Below, piece after piece: positions 43,031 to 56,800 of a stretch of 64,000 nucleotides of DNA. The stretch's first letter is position 1; each line of letters opens with the position of its first letter. A program made the position numbers and the translations under genes. The notes beneath the pieces were generated by a model, which ran no database searches, was not told where the DNA came from, and saw only the letters and a program-made list of their open reading frames with translations. Origin of the DNA: the human T2T-CHM13v2.0 reference genome, Homo sapiens; the NCBI RefSeq assembly GCF_009914755.1, contig NC_060926.1; one strand, given 5' to 3'.

Positions 43031-44567
43031 ATGCTGGACTCTCCCCTTTGCTTAGCTTTCCTATTTGTTATGCCCTGATATTATCAGCCTTATGTCTAGA
43101 TGGGACTGGGACTTTGATGGTTTGGGCATATCTATTAATTAACGCTAATTTGTGAATTTAAGCACTGAGTGTTGTCACACCTCTGATCTAGTGAAAAACT
43201 ACCTGCCGAAAGACTTGAATTCCATCATTTTACATTTTGTGTGGTCCACAGCTCTTTCCTACTGTGGTCTTAAAACTTTAAGGGCATTCTCCTAATTTCT
43301 TAGCCTTACTCACCTAGTTAGCAAGTGGAGTTACTTTGGGAATTTATAAAAATCTTCAGTTTGTTCTATGACATTTACATGTAGCTGTACTTATGATATT
43401 AAACCTCGTATTCAGAATTGTTATTTTTGTTCCACTTTTTCATATATTTGTTTATATTTATGGGGAACATTGACATTTTGATATGTGCACACAAGGTGTA
43501 GTGACCAGAATTCTTCCCCCTGCAATGCAGAGAGAGGCTATTGACACCTGAGAAGGAATATTTCACATATATTGACAAGAGTGCATAGCTAAAGGATGTG
43601 TCTACTTCTGAATTTTGACAGAGGCATTTGCTACATTGCATTTGTTCATTTGCTTATTTATTAACTTATTTATTACTGATTCAACAATTGTTTAATATAT
43701 GCTGATTCTATCCATGGCCTTGTATTTGACAGGCTTTATGCTGCAAGGCATACACCATGATTTTTGCTTTCTCATAATAATGTACTTAGTAAGATGTGTT
43801 ACACATTATGGTCACTCAATTCTATTGAAATGAATTCTTGGGAAAGAATTGTGTAGTACGTTTACTTTAGTATTCTCTGGTGTTCTATGATAGGATAGAT
43901 AAAATGGGGAAGGTAGAAAAATTGGTAGATTTTATTAACATACAGGCAATAAATTTTTTTCTATTATATGTGCTGATCTTTTATTATCAAAAATCAGCCA
44001 CATGCATCATATCATACTTATACCACATCTTTGCCAATGTAGTAATTTTTTTGCATTCCTTAACAAATAACTAAGTTCAATAATTTACCCTAAAATGCAA
44101 AAGTTAGTTTCAGAACTCAGGCTGTATTTTATTTTCAAGCTACAGTGAAGGCTAAATACTGCGTCTTACCAGATATTCATCTAGTTGAAGTATTGTTGGT
44201 AGATAAAGTTTAAATAATTAATAACAATATTTATAGCACTTTAAAATATATCATGTGACATTGTAGTGAAGATACGATTCTACTTCATTTTATAAATGAT
44301 GAAATTGAAATTTTAGAAATTGAGAAAGACTTGCCCTTTTTAAACTCAGTGCTTTAAAATATATGTATCTATCTATAATAATTCCATCTCTGATTAGTTT
44401 CAATTTTTTGACATAATGTTAATTCATGTTGAGGCTATACAAAATACAGATAATATAAACAAATTCATAAAAATAAGATGGATTCTGATGACTGACATCG
44501 ACATGATTTGCTCAGACATTTATTTCCTCTGCTTCGAAATGCACACACAGCCCTTCCTCTAAGGAAA

Positions 44568-44754
44568 TATTTCTCAAAGGTTCGTCTATAGGCTACATAC
44601 CTCAGAATCACTCAGGAAGTCTAACAAAATGAACATTCCTGGCTACTTCCCAAACTTCCTGAATCAAATTCCATGAAAGTGGAATTCTGGAAATTTATAG
44701 TTTTAAAAGCTCTCCTCCTCAATCTTAAGTAGATGAAAGTGTGAGAACAGCTGC
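44568..44754. mobile_element. MER5A/B (hAT-Charlie MITE)
   Basis: tttctcaaag...cagaatcact...gaaagtgtgagaacagctg; ~190 bp. Confidence 0.7.
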
Positions 44755-45165
44755 TAAATGACTGTGCCCTTCCTGCAGTATAAGAATGTAATTCCATAAC
44801 TGCTGATTATCCTGAGAGCTGGCCAGTCATGCAGAGCATCCAGGTGTTGAGAGTTTTGCAGCACAAATAATCCTCACAAGAACAGATGATACTTGATAGC
44901 ATAGCACAGTGGAGTCATTTTAGAGAAAAAAGAAATATACAAAGCACAGAATGTGATGTTTCTCCACATTGACACTAGGAAGCTCATGCTTAAGAGAAAT
45001 AATTCTCCTAGTGTGATCAGCATTATTGACACATGTAAATAAGCTGTGTGTCTGTAAGTTTGAGGTGGAAAATTCATGTTTAAAAAGCATTTTTCCTGCT
45101 TCTTCAAAGCCAGGAGGTCATCAACTGAAATTTTCCTGTGAAGATTTAGACAGTATGGTATAATA

Positions 45166-45497
45166 CGATGCTGTCCAATACAAATATAATAAGAGACAAA
45201 AATGCAAGCCACATATAAAATTTCAAATTTTCCAGTGGCCACATTATAAAAAATAAAAAGAAGCAGGAGACAAAAATTTTAATAATTATTTTCTTTTACC
45301 TAGTACATCCAAAATATTATCATTTCAATATGCAAACAATATACAAATTATTGAGATAGTTTACATCCTTTAATTCATCTCAAGTTTTCAAAATCTCATC
45401 TCTATTTTTCACTTAAAACACTTCTTGTTTCAAACTAGTCATATATCAAGTGTGTGCAGCCACTTGTGGTTAGTGGCTGTCATATTGGGCTGTGCAG
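45166..45497. mobile_element. MER33 (hAT-Charlie)
   Basis: tgctgtccaata...gtggttagtggctgtcatattgggctgtgcag; 8-bp TSD gtataata / gtctaata. Confidence 0.85.
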
Positions 45498-45514
45498 GTC
45501 TAATAGGTTTAATA

Positions 45515-45690
45515 GAGAAGAGTTGTGTTCACATCTTGTGCTTACCACTTAAATGTCTGGTGATGTCTAACAAGTAACATAACTTTTGAGCCACAGTTTT
45601 CTCATCTGAAAAAAATGTAAATTGGGAATAATATATAACATATAACTTACAATACTATTTGATCAGTTATACTGTAATCTGCAAGGTACT
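45515..45690 (+). mobile_element. MIR SINE
   Basis: caagtaacataacttttgagccacagtttttctcatctgaaaa. Confidence 0.6.
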
Positions 45691-47509
45691 GATTATATGT
45701 GTATGTATATATGATGGTATGCTATGCTGGCTGTTACAAATGACTAAGAAAGAAAATTTCTAACATATTTAACAAAAGGTTATGTTAAGATAGTCCAAGT
45801 AGTTATGGGCACAGAAATACTCTATGCTGGGTGCAGAGCCAATGGTTTTACGGCCAATAATAGAGTTACAGTTTTATTTTTTGGTTGATAAAATCTTTTA
45901 TTCTCTGAGAATGGAGTGTAAATGGCAGAAAAAAGGTGTCTGGTGCACACATACTTACACGTCCTGTGTAAAGCAACTACCTGTGCTTTTGTTCACGAGG
46001 GAAGATAAGGATAGCTAAAACCAATTTAATTTTGAGTGATCTATTGGGAAGCTTAGTTATCCACCAATATCCCAGATCTATAAATTGTAATAGTTATATC
46101 CTAACTGATCCCTTCACCAGAGAAAGCTTTATCTAAAGCGTCTTGCATTTTGGGTACATAATGCTGAAGAAACTCACCAATTTACTTACGATTTGGCATT
46201 CTGGAAAACATATCTGAGAAAACTTCTCTGCTTTAAAAGATGAGGTTGTTCTGAAAACAAAGGAATTAGCTATGCATTAATATGTTCTGTGATTGTACCA
46301 TGCACAGCACAGTTGCATTCCAAAATGAAATGACAAAAGGATACTTATCCTTTCTTTAGATATCTCATGTCAGGAGAGAAGAATGGAGTCTAACAGCTTT
46401 TTGTTTATTTACAGGAAATATGTGCAGTAAAGCAAAAACTATACAAAATGAAATATTAAAGCAGGTTTAATAACCATTTATTGATTTAATTATTTGTGAA
46501 CTCTAAAGGGAGGGAGAAATGGGGAGATACTGACAGGCTTGTGTTTTCTTACCTTCAACCAACTCAAATTCATAGTATTCTGGCTGCAAAAATTTTCTCC
46601 TATTATTTTATGAATTAATCCAGGTTAAATATTCCTTTTTAGAGCATGTCGCGTTTCTGTTTTTTTCTTTTTTCTTTTTTTTGAGACAGTCCAGGGGTTC
46701 TCATTCTCTGAACTTTTCTTTCTAGGATCTAAAAACACATAATGGCTAATTGCAATAATTTTTTTTAATTTTTGCTTATTCAGTGTGCAGTGTTTATTTT
46801 GGAGCCGTATCCAAAATAGTAAAACAAATTAATGTATTTTTTTTTGTTTTTCACAGAACCATCTCCGGAGATAATTGCCATTAAATTAATGATGTAGGTT
46901 ACTCCTCCCATTGATGCCCTGTGCCATGGCTTAGCATGATTTCATTTCCACTTTTCAGATTATGAGACTCAGACAGAATGTACAAAATTCACAGCAAGGT
47001 TTAGAGACACCTTGTTGAAAGCAAAACAAAGAGCCGAAAATAGCAAAGCCCACATCCCACTTTTACTTCACTTGTTTTTTTCCTCATTAGCACAGATTAT
47101 TTTCCAGAAATGGCTTACCAGATGATTCTCTGGAAAACATCTTTTTAAAGTTCACTTTCTCTCTTTTGAGTTGGTTCTAATTTAGGATGATTGGAAATGT
47201 TAATTATTACCACTGCTCCATTAGGTACCTCAACAAGCACCTTCCGAGAGCCAAAAGGAATCTGTTTCTAAAGTGGGGTTTGTGTAAAAAACAGTTCACC
47301 TTAAGATACTACCATCCCTATTAATCTTGCAACAATAAGTAATTAAAATTTAGAAATTCATATAGGATATCTAAAATGCAATTGAAATAACACGTGTAAT
47401 TAAGAGAATGTGAACCTAGCTTAAAAAGCCACAGCAGCTAAAAAAACCACTGTATGTTTGTATAGAGCTCATATATTACTTTCAGCAAATAGTTATATCA
47501 TCCTCACTA

Positions 47510-48720
47510 TGCATGAAGCACTGTATTAAAGCCCAAGAATTTCAAGAAGAGTAATATGTGGTCCTTAAGTTTAGGTAGCCAGAGTCTGATGGAGAGATAT
47601 TTACAAGTGAATAATTTAAGTAACACATAAGAACTATGTAATAGAATCATGTCCATGATTCTTGGGAGATGAAGAGGTGGACTTCCTTTTCCCTGATTGG
47701 GAAAAGGGTTCAGGAGACAACTTGGATGAAGAAGTGATACTTGGAATGAATCTTAAAGATTGATTAAGCGCTTGCTAAATGGGCAAGAGGAAGAAAAGTA
47801 TTCCAGGCAGAAGGACCAGCAAGAAAGAACATGACTCATTCAGTGGATAGTGGGACATTAAGATGTCAATGGTAGTAGGTAAGGATGTTTACAGGAGACA
47901 GGTACAGGTCAGATCCTGAAGGGACTAGGTTGTCTTTTGTTGTTGTTGTTTGGTTTTGTTTTTTCCTATATTGTAGAATTTTGTCTTTGTGGCTCATTTA
48001 AAATAGAAGATTATAAAAATTAACTTTTGTCGTGGTCCAAATGTTTATGTTTCCCCCAAGTTCATAAGTTGAAATTCTCACTCCTGGTGTCATTGCATTA
48101 GGAGGTGGAGGCTTGAGCAAGTAATTAGGTCATGAGAGCAAAGCCCTCCAGTGGAATTCAAACCCTTATAAAAGAAGACAAAAAGAAACTCTTTACCTCT
48201 TCTGCCCTATAAGGACTCAGTGGGAAAACTGTCTGTGAGGAAGCCAGCCCTCACCAGATACCTAATCTATCAGCACCTTGATCTTGAACTTCCCAGCCTC
48301 TAGAATTGTGAGAAATAAACTTTGTTGTTTATAGGCTATCTGCTTATGGTATTTTATTATAACAGCCCACATGGACTAAGACAACTTCTTTTTCAGAATG
48401 AATACTCTAGTGAGCACTGTGGAGGTTATACAAGGATAGAATGAAACTTTGAGGAGGTCCAATCAGAAAGCTATTATAATAATCCAGGTAAGAGATGAAG
48501 TGGGCACGAACTAAAGAAGCAACAATGAAAATACGAAAGCAGCTGAATTCTAGAGATATGCAGCAGTCAGAATTGACAATACTTGATGTCTGAATGGATA
48601 TGAGAATTAAAGAAAAAGGAATTAAAAAGGCTTTTTATATTTGAAGGTTGGGCAACTGGATGAATGTTGGTTCCCAACACCAAAATAGTGTATAGGAAGA
48701 AAATATGATTAAGATGTGAG
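47510..48720 (-). mobile_element. L2 fragment interrupted by an MLT1A LTR
   Basis: attccaggcagaaggaccagc, caggtcagatcctgaaggg, ataatccaggtaagagatga. Confidence 0.65.
48028..48383 (+). mobile_element. MLT1A/MLT1A0 solo LTR
   Basis: TG...CA ends, aataaa signal, ggactaagaca terminus; 5-bp TSD acttt / acttc. Confidence 0.88.
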
Positions 48721-49846
48721 GTGGTTGCCAGAGTTTATATTTTATTTTGTGTATAATTCTTATTGTAGGAGGAAACTGAGGCTCACACTTGAGAATTCAG
48801 AACGGATCCTAGGACTTTAAACTTACGGTTTATTTTCCAGTCTGTTTCCTTTATCCTAGATTCTCCTGTACTATTCACTGGTATTGCTGAACATATTTCT
48901 AAATCCGTCTTTGTTCAAGGCTGCAGGTCCTTTCTTCCCTGGTAACCTCCAGTGATTTACTGCATGTTCAAATGTTTTTTGTTGAAATTACAAAAATGTT
49001 GGATTATAGTCATGTAACTCATTGAAAAAAAATAGAAAATTGGAATCCAGAAGGTGATTTGACAGAATTATTAGAAAATTGGTGGGACAGTGAATGTAGC
49101 AGTAATTCATTATAGAGACCCTCTACAGACTGCTAGTATGTATTATAGCATATTGGACAAAGTACTAACTAGATTTTAAACTGCAGACTAGAAGATTCAG
49201 TCAGCAATTGATGAAACTATTGAAACAATAGATAGCCTAATCACTGTGTTCTATTGATTTGGATGATATTTTTCATAGTCCTTCCTTTCCTCTGGAATGG
49301 GAAATGAATTAACACAGTTGCCTTATGTCCCCCTGAGTAGGTGCAGTAAATTTTATAAATTTACAATTGTGTTGTCATCTCCAAATCTCACAGCCAGGGT
49401 CAGATTATTTTTGTGATGCAGTTGTGATCCTGCAAGCACACCATGCAATACACAATTAATAACAGGGCCTAGATAGAGATGGCTGAATTAAGTATCCCAT
49501 GGTTTCCTAGGCTAGAGAGACTAAGCAACTGTAGAATGATATAAATGCTTTTCCAACTTTGCTTACTGCATAAATTCCATCTGTATTTCTCAGGCAATTT
49601 CTCATCTCAATGTGATCAGATGTTACATGTGCTTGGGGACATAGTTATATTATGTCACTTTAGGCAAAATTAGAAATAAGCCAAGCTTATCTTGGCATCC
49701 AATTTGCACCTTTCCCTGCCTTTTTCCCAAGCTACTCTGCCTGGTCTCCTACTCCAACCTCTCCAGACACTCATTATTGTACTTTGCTCTTATTTTCTCC
49801 ATCCTCAGTCTATTAAAAGCATTTTTTTTTTTTTTTTTTTTTTTTT

Positions 49847-50141
49847 GGTCAGGCGCAGTGGCTCACATCGGTAATTCCAGCACTTTGGGAGGCCAAAGTG
49901 GGCAGATCACAAGGTCAGGAGTTAGAGACCAGCCTGGCCAATATGGTGAAACCCTGTCTCTACTAAAAATACAAAAATTCGCCAGGCGTGGTGGCGGGTG
50001 CCTGTAGTCCCAGCTACTTAGGAGGCTGAGGCAAGAGAGTCGCTTGAACTGGGGAGGTGGAGGGTGCAGTTAGCTGAGATAGCGCCACTGTACTCCAGCC
50101 TGGGTGACAGAGAGAGACTCTGTCTCAAAAAAAAAAAAAAA
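49847..50141 (+). mobile_element. AluS (Sg-like) preceded by T25
   Basis: Forward Alu with A15 tail; T-run at 49822-49846. Confidence 0.95.
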
Positions 50142-50777
50142 CTTTTTTTCAAGAAGGCACTAGAAACACTCCTTCACGCTAGGGCTTATATTTCTGATAA
50201 GACTTAAAGCATTACTCCTCTTTGTTAGATCAGTTTTTCCTTCAGCCATAGGAACTAGAAGTTCACAAGTGTAGGACTACAAGGTGCCAACAAACAAGTG
50301 GGTGATGGGGACACCACTCTAATTCTCTCCCCTGGTCAGACTACCATCACCAGGCTCCTATTAACCATCAACATTGTAAGACTGATAGTCTCCTTGCCTC
50401 TCTGCTTTTGCACCTAGGAAAAGTAAAGTATGCTAAAAGTGATTCGGATGTCCAAAGTGGCTCCCTCACTCTCTCCTCCCTACCAGACACCAGCAGCCTG
50501 TGGGGATATTCCAGGAGACTTTCTACTGCTCTATCAGCTCTCTCCACTGTATTTTGCTTGCTTGTTTTTTGTTGTTTATTTTTCCAGTAGGCCTCATGAT
50601 TCAAAATGATGTCCTTCTTTCGTCTTTAAATGTTCTGATACATTCTGTCACTTGGAATGCTTCTTCCATTCAAATGGATTTCTTCTTTCCTCCATGTACT
50701 TCAGGCTTTCTGTGTTAGAAACAAATAAACAAACCTGCTAAAAAGTTTTTAATGTGGCTTAATGTTCACTCCTACAG

Positions 50778-50814
50778 GGCAGCATGCAACTGACAAGAAG
50801 AACAACAAAGAAGG
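50778..50814 (+). other. Candidate 37-nt microexon
   Basis: Branch-like cttaat, acceptor ttcactcctacag|G, consensus donor AGG|gtaagt; purine-rich body. Confidence 0.35.
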
Positions 50815-51350
50815 GTAAGTTCTAAGGAATAGCCCCTTTGAAGCCTCAGAAAGAGTGGTTTCAATGTTCCACTTATAAAATCACAGAGCTGTCTTTTTTC
50901 CTGGTTCAGAAAAAAACAAAACTCAAGTTGAAAGCTGTATGTGGAAAAGGCAAAATTTTTATTGTTATTTCATTAAAACTAAGGTTAGAAAACTGAAAAA
51001 AATAGAAACATGGTAAATAGCATTTTTAAAGGAAGTAATAAAAACCTTCATAAATAAAATTATATATTTTCCTTTTTCCTACATTTAAGAAATACATTAA
51101 TCTAGTTTTACTGATTGATTAAATTTAGGACATATGCCCAAAATAATCTAAAATTTTTATGAAGGCATCATTAGAGGAACTTGAATATTCTTAAATATAT
51201 AGTACTTAACCAAATATAATATAAGCAATCATTAAACAGATGAACACTTTTATTCATTTCTTTGTTCCTAAAGATGTTTTTCTACAAAATCATGTAACAT
51301 TGATGTCATAAAATACATAAATATGTATTTACTTAGAATATATTCACTGT

Positions 51351-51417
51351 TGAGCTGAGATTGCATCACTGTACTCCAGCCTGGGTGACAGAACGAGATT
51401 TTGTCTCAGAAAAAAAA

Positions 51418-51470
<53 letters not shown>

Positions 51471-51484
51471 GTATGTATCTATAT
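51351..51484 (+). mobile_element. Severely 5'-truncated Alu (~60 bp) with A-tail merging into a TA microsatellite
   Basis: tgagctgagattgcatcactgtactccagcctggg...; 13-bp TSD atatattcactgt at 51338-51350 and 51485-51497. Confidence 0.92.
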
Positions 51485-52159
51485 ATATATTCACTGTCAC
51501 AGACAAAGGTTTTATTCTTCTCTAGGTATTCCTCCTTAGAGCCACTTTTTTCCTCAAAAATTCAAATATTCAGGAAAGACAATGCCTATGGTGACTAGGA
51601 GGAACAGGACTAGTTTAAACCAACATAAAATGTCCTCATCTGTCCTCTTAGCTGAAGTTAGTTAGGTTTTAGTGGTTATTTTCATCTTAGAAATGTATAC
51701 CCAGAAGACCTAACATAATTTGTCTAGATAGAAAATTTTCAAACATGTTTATGCCAAATTATTTTTCCCCTATGATTTTCAATCCCAAATTGTCATGTAA
51801 ATTCTAAAAATATGACTCCTGAGAATTTAGCAAAACCTAATTTCTCTTCAGGAATCTTTAGCAGAACATTGTGTGGACTTGATCAAGGAAAGACTTCATT
51901 TGTCAAATGGCTCAAAGCCTTCCCCAACTTCCACCCCTCTTACAATATCTTAGTATAAAAATCTTCAGGAGCTGAAAGAGGAAGAAATCCAAAACTAGTA
52001 GATGCCCATAGATGACAAACAGAAACAGAATCACCTTCTTCCATAAAGAGTTATTACCTTTGTGCCATGAAGGCTGATGGTGAATAAAGCATAACTTTTG
52101 CATTTGTCACATGCTACAGCCATCTTATGAAACATAATTTTCTGACTGTTGGTCAAGAA

Positions 52160-52645
52160 ATCGACGGAGTATTTAAAAGACTTTGGAAATAACTTACTTA
52201 ATGAAGGGATTATTTACAGAATTGGTGGCAGATTTACAAACACCAACCAGGGATGATGAGACGCCTAGGGATTAGCAATAGCAGGGAGCCATTTACCTTC
52301 CCTGTGCCTAAAGGAGCAAGGGAAGTAAAATTTGGATCTATAGGAGAGTGGCAGTCCTACAGTAGCTGTGGCCATAGAGGGATGTAGCCACTGGCACTGT
52401 TGGTACTGGGCACAGAGCTCGGGGAGATAGAGGCCAACTAGTAAAACACCATGCTTTCTGTTCTCCTTTTCTCTGATCCCCTATCAGTGTCTCTTATTGG
52501 TTGACTCCAAAGGGAAGCTTGGAAGTGAAAAAGCAAAGGAGATGCAGTCCACAGGGGTCAGCCTCCCTAATTACAAGCAGGGCACAGAAGGACAAACCTT
52601 GGATTATGGGGTTTTGGGGTTAAAAGAGAGTAACAGAATAACTGG
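52160..52645 (-). mobile_element. LTR33-like ERVL LTR
   Basis: taatgaagggattatttacaga...caaccagggatgatgag...gatgcagtccacaggggtcagcctcc. Confidence 0.7.
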
Positions 52646-52974
52646 TATGTTTGCATTGCTGTCTTTCTCATTGGGAGTAACTTGACATGAACTTCAAGGT
52701 TGAAGATAATATGTTTGATGCAGAGAGAACTGAGAAGTGGGAAAAATAATTGTAAGCCTTGTGCCTTTTTTCCTATTAGAAAAAAATACAGATTTTTAAA
52801 TTTCTATTAGTGTTAAAATTTGTTTTCTAAGCATTAAAATGGTTAAAAAGAAAAACATGTTGGTTGTAAAAAAATTAAGCAAGGCAACCTATAAAGTCCC
52901 CTTTCACCTATGCTTTTCATTCCTTTATTTCTTCATAAATTCATTCATGGTGCTATTCGTTCAAAACATTTTAG

Positions 52975-53830
52975 CTAATAATAATAGCTCACATCTATAA
53001 ATATGTGCCAAACAGACCTCAAAGTGTTTTATTTGTATTTAATCATCAGAACATTAAAAAAGTGCTACTATTATCCCAGTATGGCTAAAATAAAGTTAAG
53101 TAAATTGCTGAAGGCATAGAGTTGTTAATAGAAGTGGAATTGAAACACAGGCAGGTTGATTCTAAAGTTTTTGTTCTTAACCACTCTGCTGTGTTGTGAT
53201 GAACAGATATTTACTGAGCACCCACTATGTGGCAGGGACTTTTCTAGGCATTGAACATACAGGGATAAAAACAATAAACTATGTTCCTGCTTCATGGAAT
53301 ATATCTTTCGGTGGTAGGTATAAGCAATAACCAAAGGCATTAATGTGCTTATAATTTCAGGTTGAAATAAATGCTATAAATAAAAATAAAGTAAGGTAAA
53401 GCATTAGAGGGGATAGGGGCTATGTTTTAGGATGAATAGGGCAGTCTCTGTAGCGATGATATTTGAATGATCTCACATCATTCATCAGAAACAAATGGTT
53501 TAAGAAAGGTACTTATGAAAAATGTGAATAAAAAATTTTCCAGACAAAAAGAAGAGTAAATGCCACAAGCCATAAGCTGTTGAAAGATAAGTAAAGCCAG
53601 TAAAGGTGTGAAGGGACACTAAATTGTTAATAAAAACTGATATGGTATTTATATCAGGTTCTGTTCTGGGGATTTTACTAATATTAACATTCAGCTTATT
53701 ACAATAATATGAAGAATATCCTGTCGTATTCCCTAATTTATACACAACATAACTGACACTCACTGCCACATAACTAGTAAGGTAAGGATCTAGATTTCAA
53801 ACCAAGGCAATATGGCTGGTTGATAGTGTC
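52975..53830 (-). mobile_element. Cluster of MIR, L2 and MIR fragments
   Basis: MIR reverse cores at ~53080-53190 and ~53740-53830; L2 end atatttactgagcacccactatgtggcagg at ~53205. Confidence 0.6.
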
Positions 53831-56800
53831 TCAACTATTCTGACACTGTTCTTCCCAGATTGATTCTCTAATTCACTACTGTTTTCCCTTCAATCATCTG
53901 TATCTTTATCTAATTTAAAATTTTTATAAATGATTCCTCAGAGTTGTTTTATTATTCTTCATTTTTAAAATTATCTATATTTTACATTTCTTTTTGTTCT
54001 TTGTTTTTTTAATAGCATCCTTTGTTTTAGTTTGTGGATAGATATACTGTAGATTTTGAAGATTTGTTTTGTTTTTGCTGTCCACATTGTCTTTGCTTAT
54101 TTTTATTTTGTTTTTTTAGTAATCCTTGGAATTTCTTACATGGATTATTTTCCCAAAAGTCAAGTGAACCTTGGCTGTTTATTTGAAGAGGAAGACACCA
54201 AAAATTTGATTGGAGGCTCTGGATGAGTACCAGATTCACACCAGATTTTGAGGTGGTGAGCCAGTTTCTTCCTTGTGAGACAAGCAAATAACAATATATT
54301 TTTACTCTGGGTACATTTAATTTTTGTAGAGATGAATAGTTCAATCTCCTTCATGGTAGTGGTAAGGATAGGTTTTATATTTAGCTATTGGCATTCCTGA
54401 AACAGAATAAGATGCCATGGTCTTATAGTTCAGTGTGTAAACTTTCACAGCTTTTGCAAGTTTTCAGCCCAGTGTTAGCCCCCAATCACTGTGAATGTCC
54501 CCAAGTACAGAGCTTCTTTGGTTTTACTTTTCTGGTTTTATAGTGAGACAAAGGCATTCTGGGAAGTATAGCCAATTGAAATTGAGGCTTTAACAAATAT
54601 TTACTGAGCACCTATTCTGTCATACACTTTTCTAGATGCTGGAAATACAGCAAGGAAAAATAAGTACACCATTACCTGAAGTCTTCTATTGCTTGTATAG
54701 TTCACTTTTTTAAACAGCTTGATGGACATTCTATTAACCATCCTGGCAATTGTGTGTGGTGTGAGGTAGTGATCTAACATCTTTTATAAAAACTAAATAT
54801 TTAAATTTTATGTGTTGAAGGTATTTGTTTTGTTTTGCTCTTTTTGATTTTGATGCATGCATTTAATTTCAGAATATGGTTTATTTTTCTTGAATCACCA
54901 GAGAAACATCCATTTTACTCATTTTAACACCATCTCTTTCTTAAGTTAATTCTGTTTCTTTGGAGTTTTTCAGTTTGTTGATATTGATTTGTCTCTTTTA
55001 TTGATGTGGCAACATTTTCTCAAAATATAGAAGATTGCTTTTATTTTTACATCGTGTGAAGAAGGAGGCATATTACTTTTTGAAAGATGGAGTGTATTTC
55101 TTAAGCAGTAACAAGTCATGCTCTTTATGTGACATCATTTTTTTATTATAGTAAAGTTTTCAGGTGATATTTGAGAGAGAGAGTCTGGATATGAGGTTGC
55201 ATATAGTGAATGAATTATCACAAACACTGCTTTGATTATCAGGCCCTAGCAACCATGGTCACTCTAAGAGTGTCCTGTCAGAACTATGACTTTAGAGAGC
55301 AGTGTTGAGTGATTTAGCTTTGGTTCCTGTTCTTAAGTTGGCTGCTCTGAGTGTAGGGACCTACATTTAATTAATTTTATTTTGACAACGTCTCATGTTT
55401 TTCATCCTTCATTTCTTCTGTTCCTGGTTCTCTTCAGAGTTCTTTTAGGAGATAAATGTGTTTTGTTGTTTTCTTGCCGTTAATGTTTCCTTTCTTTCTT
55501 TTGTCTTTTTCTGTATTTAAATGCTCTCTGCCTTCTGGTTTCTATTTGGAGTAGTATGTTCTTCTGTTTTTTTAAGTAGATTTTGCTCCCAGTCTACAGT
55601 CATCTGCTTTATGCCATCTAGAATAGCCTCACTCTCTTAGTTTGCTCGTGATTATTGTGTGTTTCTCATGACTTTGCATTAAAAATATATTTATTGTGTA
55701 ATTTCCTCTGGATTTAAAGAGGGGAAGATAGATTTCTGGAACTTTTCTTTCTTTCTGATATATCCTTTCTCCCTCTTTCTTTACCATCAATGACTTACTC
55801 TACCTGCCATTTATCTTCGCCTATGATTTAGAAGGTATGTAAGATGTTTTAATTTTAGTATTGTTTGTCTTTTTACCTGTGTTTGTTAATATACTTTGAG
55901 ATTTGATACTCAGATTCTTGTCATCAAATCATAACTATAATTTATTTCTCCTCTTAAAATATAATTTTTTAGTTTTGCTTTTCATTTTTAACCATATTTG
56001 CAAGTTTACTTTAAAAAGAAATCTGAGAAATCGTGCTCTGATAATGTGAGAGTTGTAATTCATAGCATAAAAGGATAGCTCTCCATCTCTATATAGAGTG
56101 ATTTGTTTTTCTTAACTGGGTCTATCTTTGCAGTTAGTAGAAATACCTTATGTTAATCAGTTCTAAATTTCAATGGATATCCTTTATTTCTTCTAACTTC
56201 TGGGATTTTTAGGGAAAGTTAGGAGAGGTTTCATCATGGATGCTCACCAAACAGTACTTCCTTATTCATCCCAATACCGAGTGCCTTTATAATGTAGACT
56301 TTTAATAGCTAAGCATTAGATTAATATTATTCCTCACCTTATACTCTTTTATTGTCTCAATACCTTGTTAAAGTCTCCTCTAGTATAGCTTGAGAAGTAA
56401 AGCTGAAAGACTTTATGCTCGTATTATTTCTTCAATGTTATTGATCTCATCTGTTGTTTTAAAAATATGTTTAAGGGAAATATTTATTTCCCTGGAAGGA
56501 AAAAGTGGCTCTTACAGTGCAACTAGATGATCTTAAATGCCTCCAATACATGTAGTGGCCAGTTGCTGGCAGAAGCAGAAGCACAATGTTTAAAAAATGG
56601 TGCATTGTATTCTTATAGATACATCTTCAAATTCTATTCATACTGAGTCAGCTTGATGAAAACAATAAAATCTTTAAGGAATAGTTTGTTTACCTCTTGC
56701 CCAGAACATTATAGCTATAACATTATAGTTCTGCTATTGTATTATGTTAGATACATAGATTAAATGATCTAAATGATAAAACTCAAGCATTTAAAGTGAA

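Noticed and set aside
46840-47000. Acceptor-like sites near 46857 and 46959
   Set aside because: Paired donors (gtttac, gtttag) are weak and the peptides are unrecognised.
55244-55253. Second RFX-like half site ccctagcaac
   Set aside because: Only one good half-site; expected by chance in 64 kb.
54770-55800. Possible very old L1M5/HAL1 fragment (similar impression at ~24080-24650)
   Set aside because: Too degenerate to assign by eye; needs RepeatMasker.
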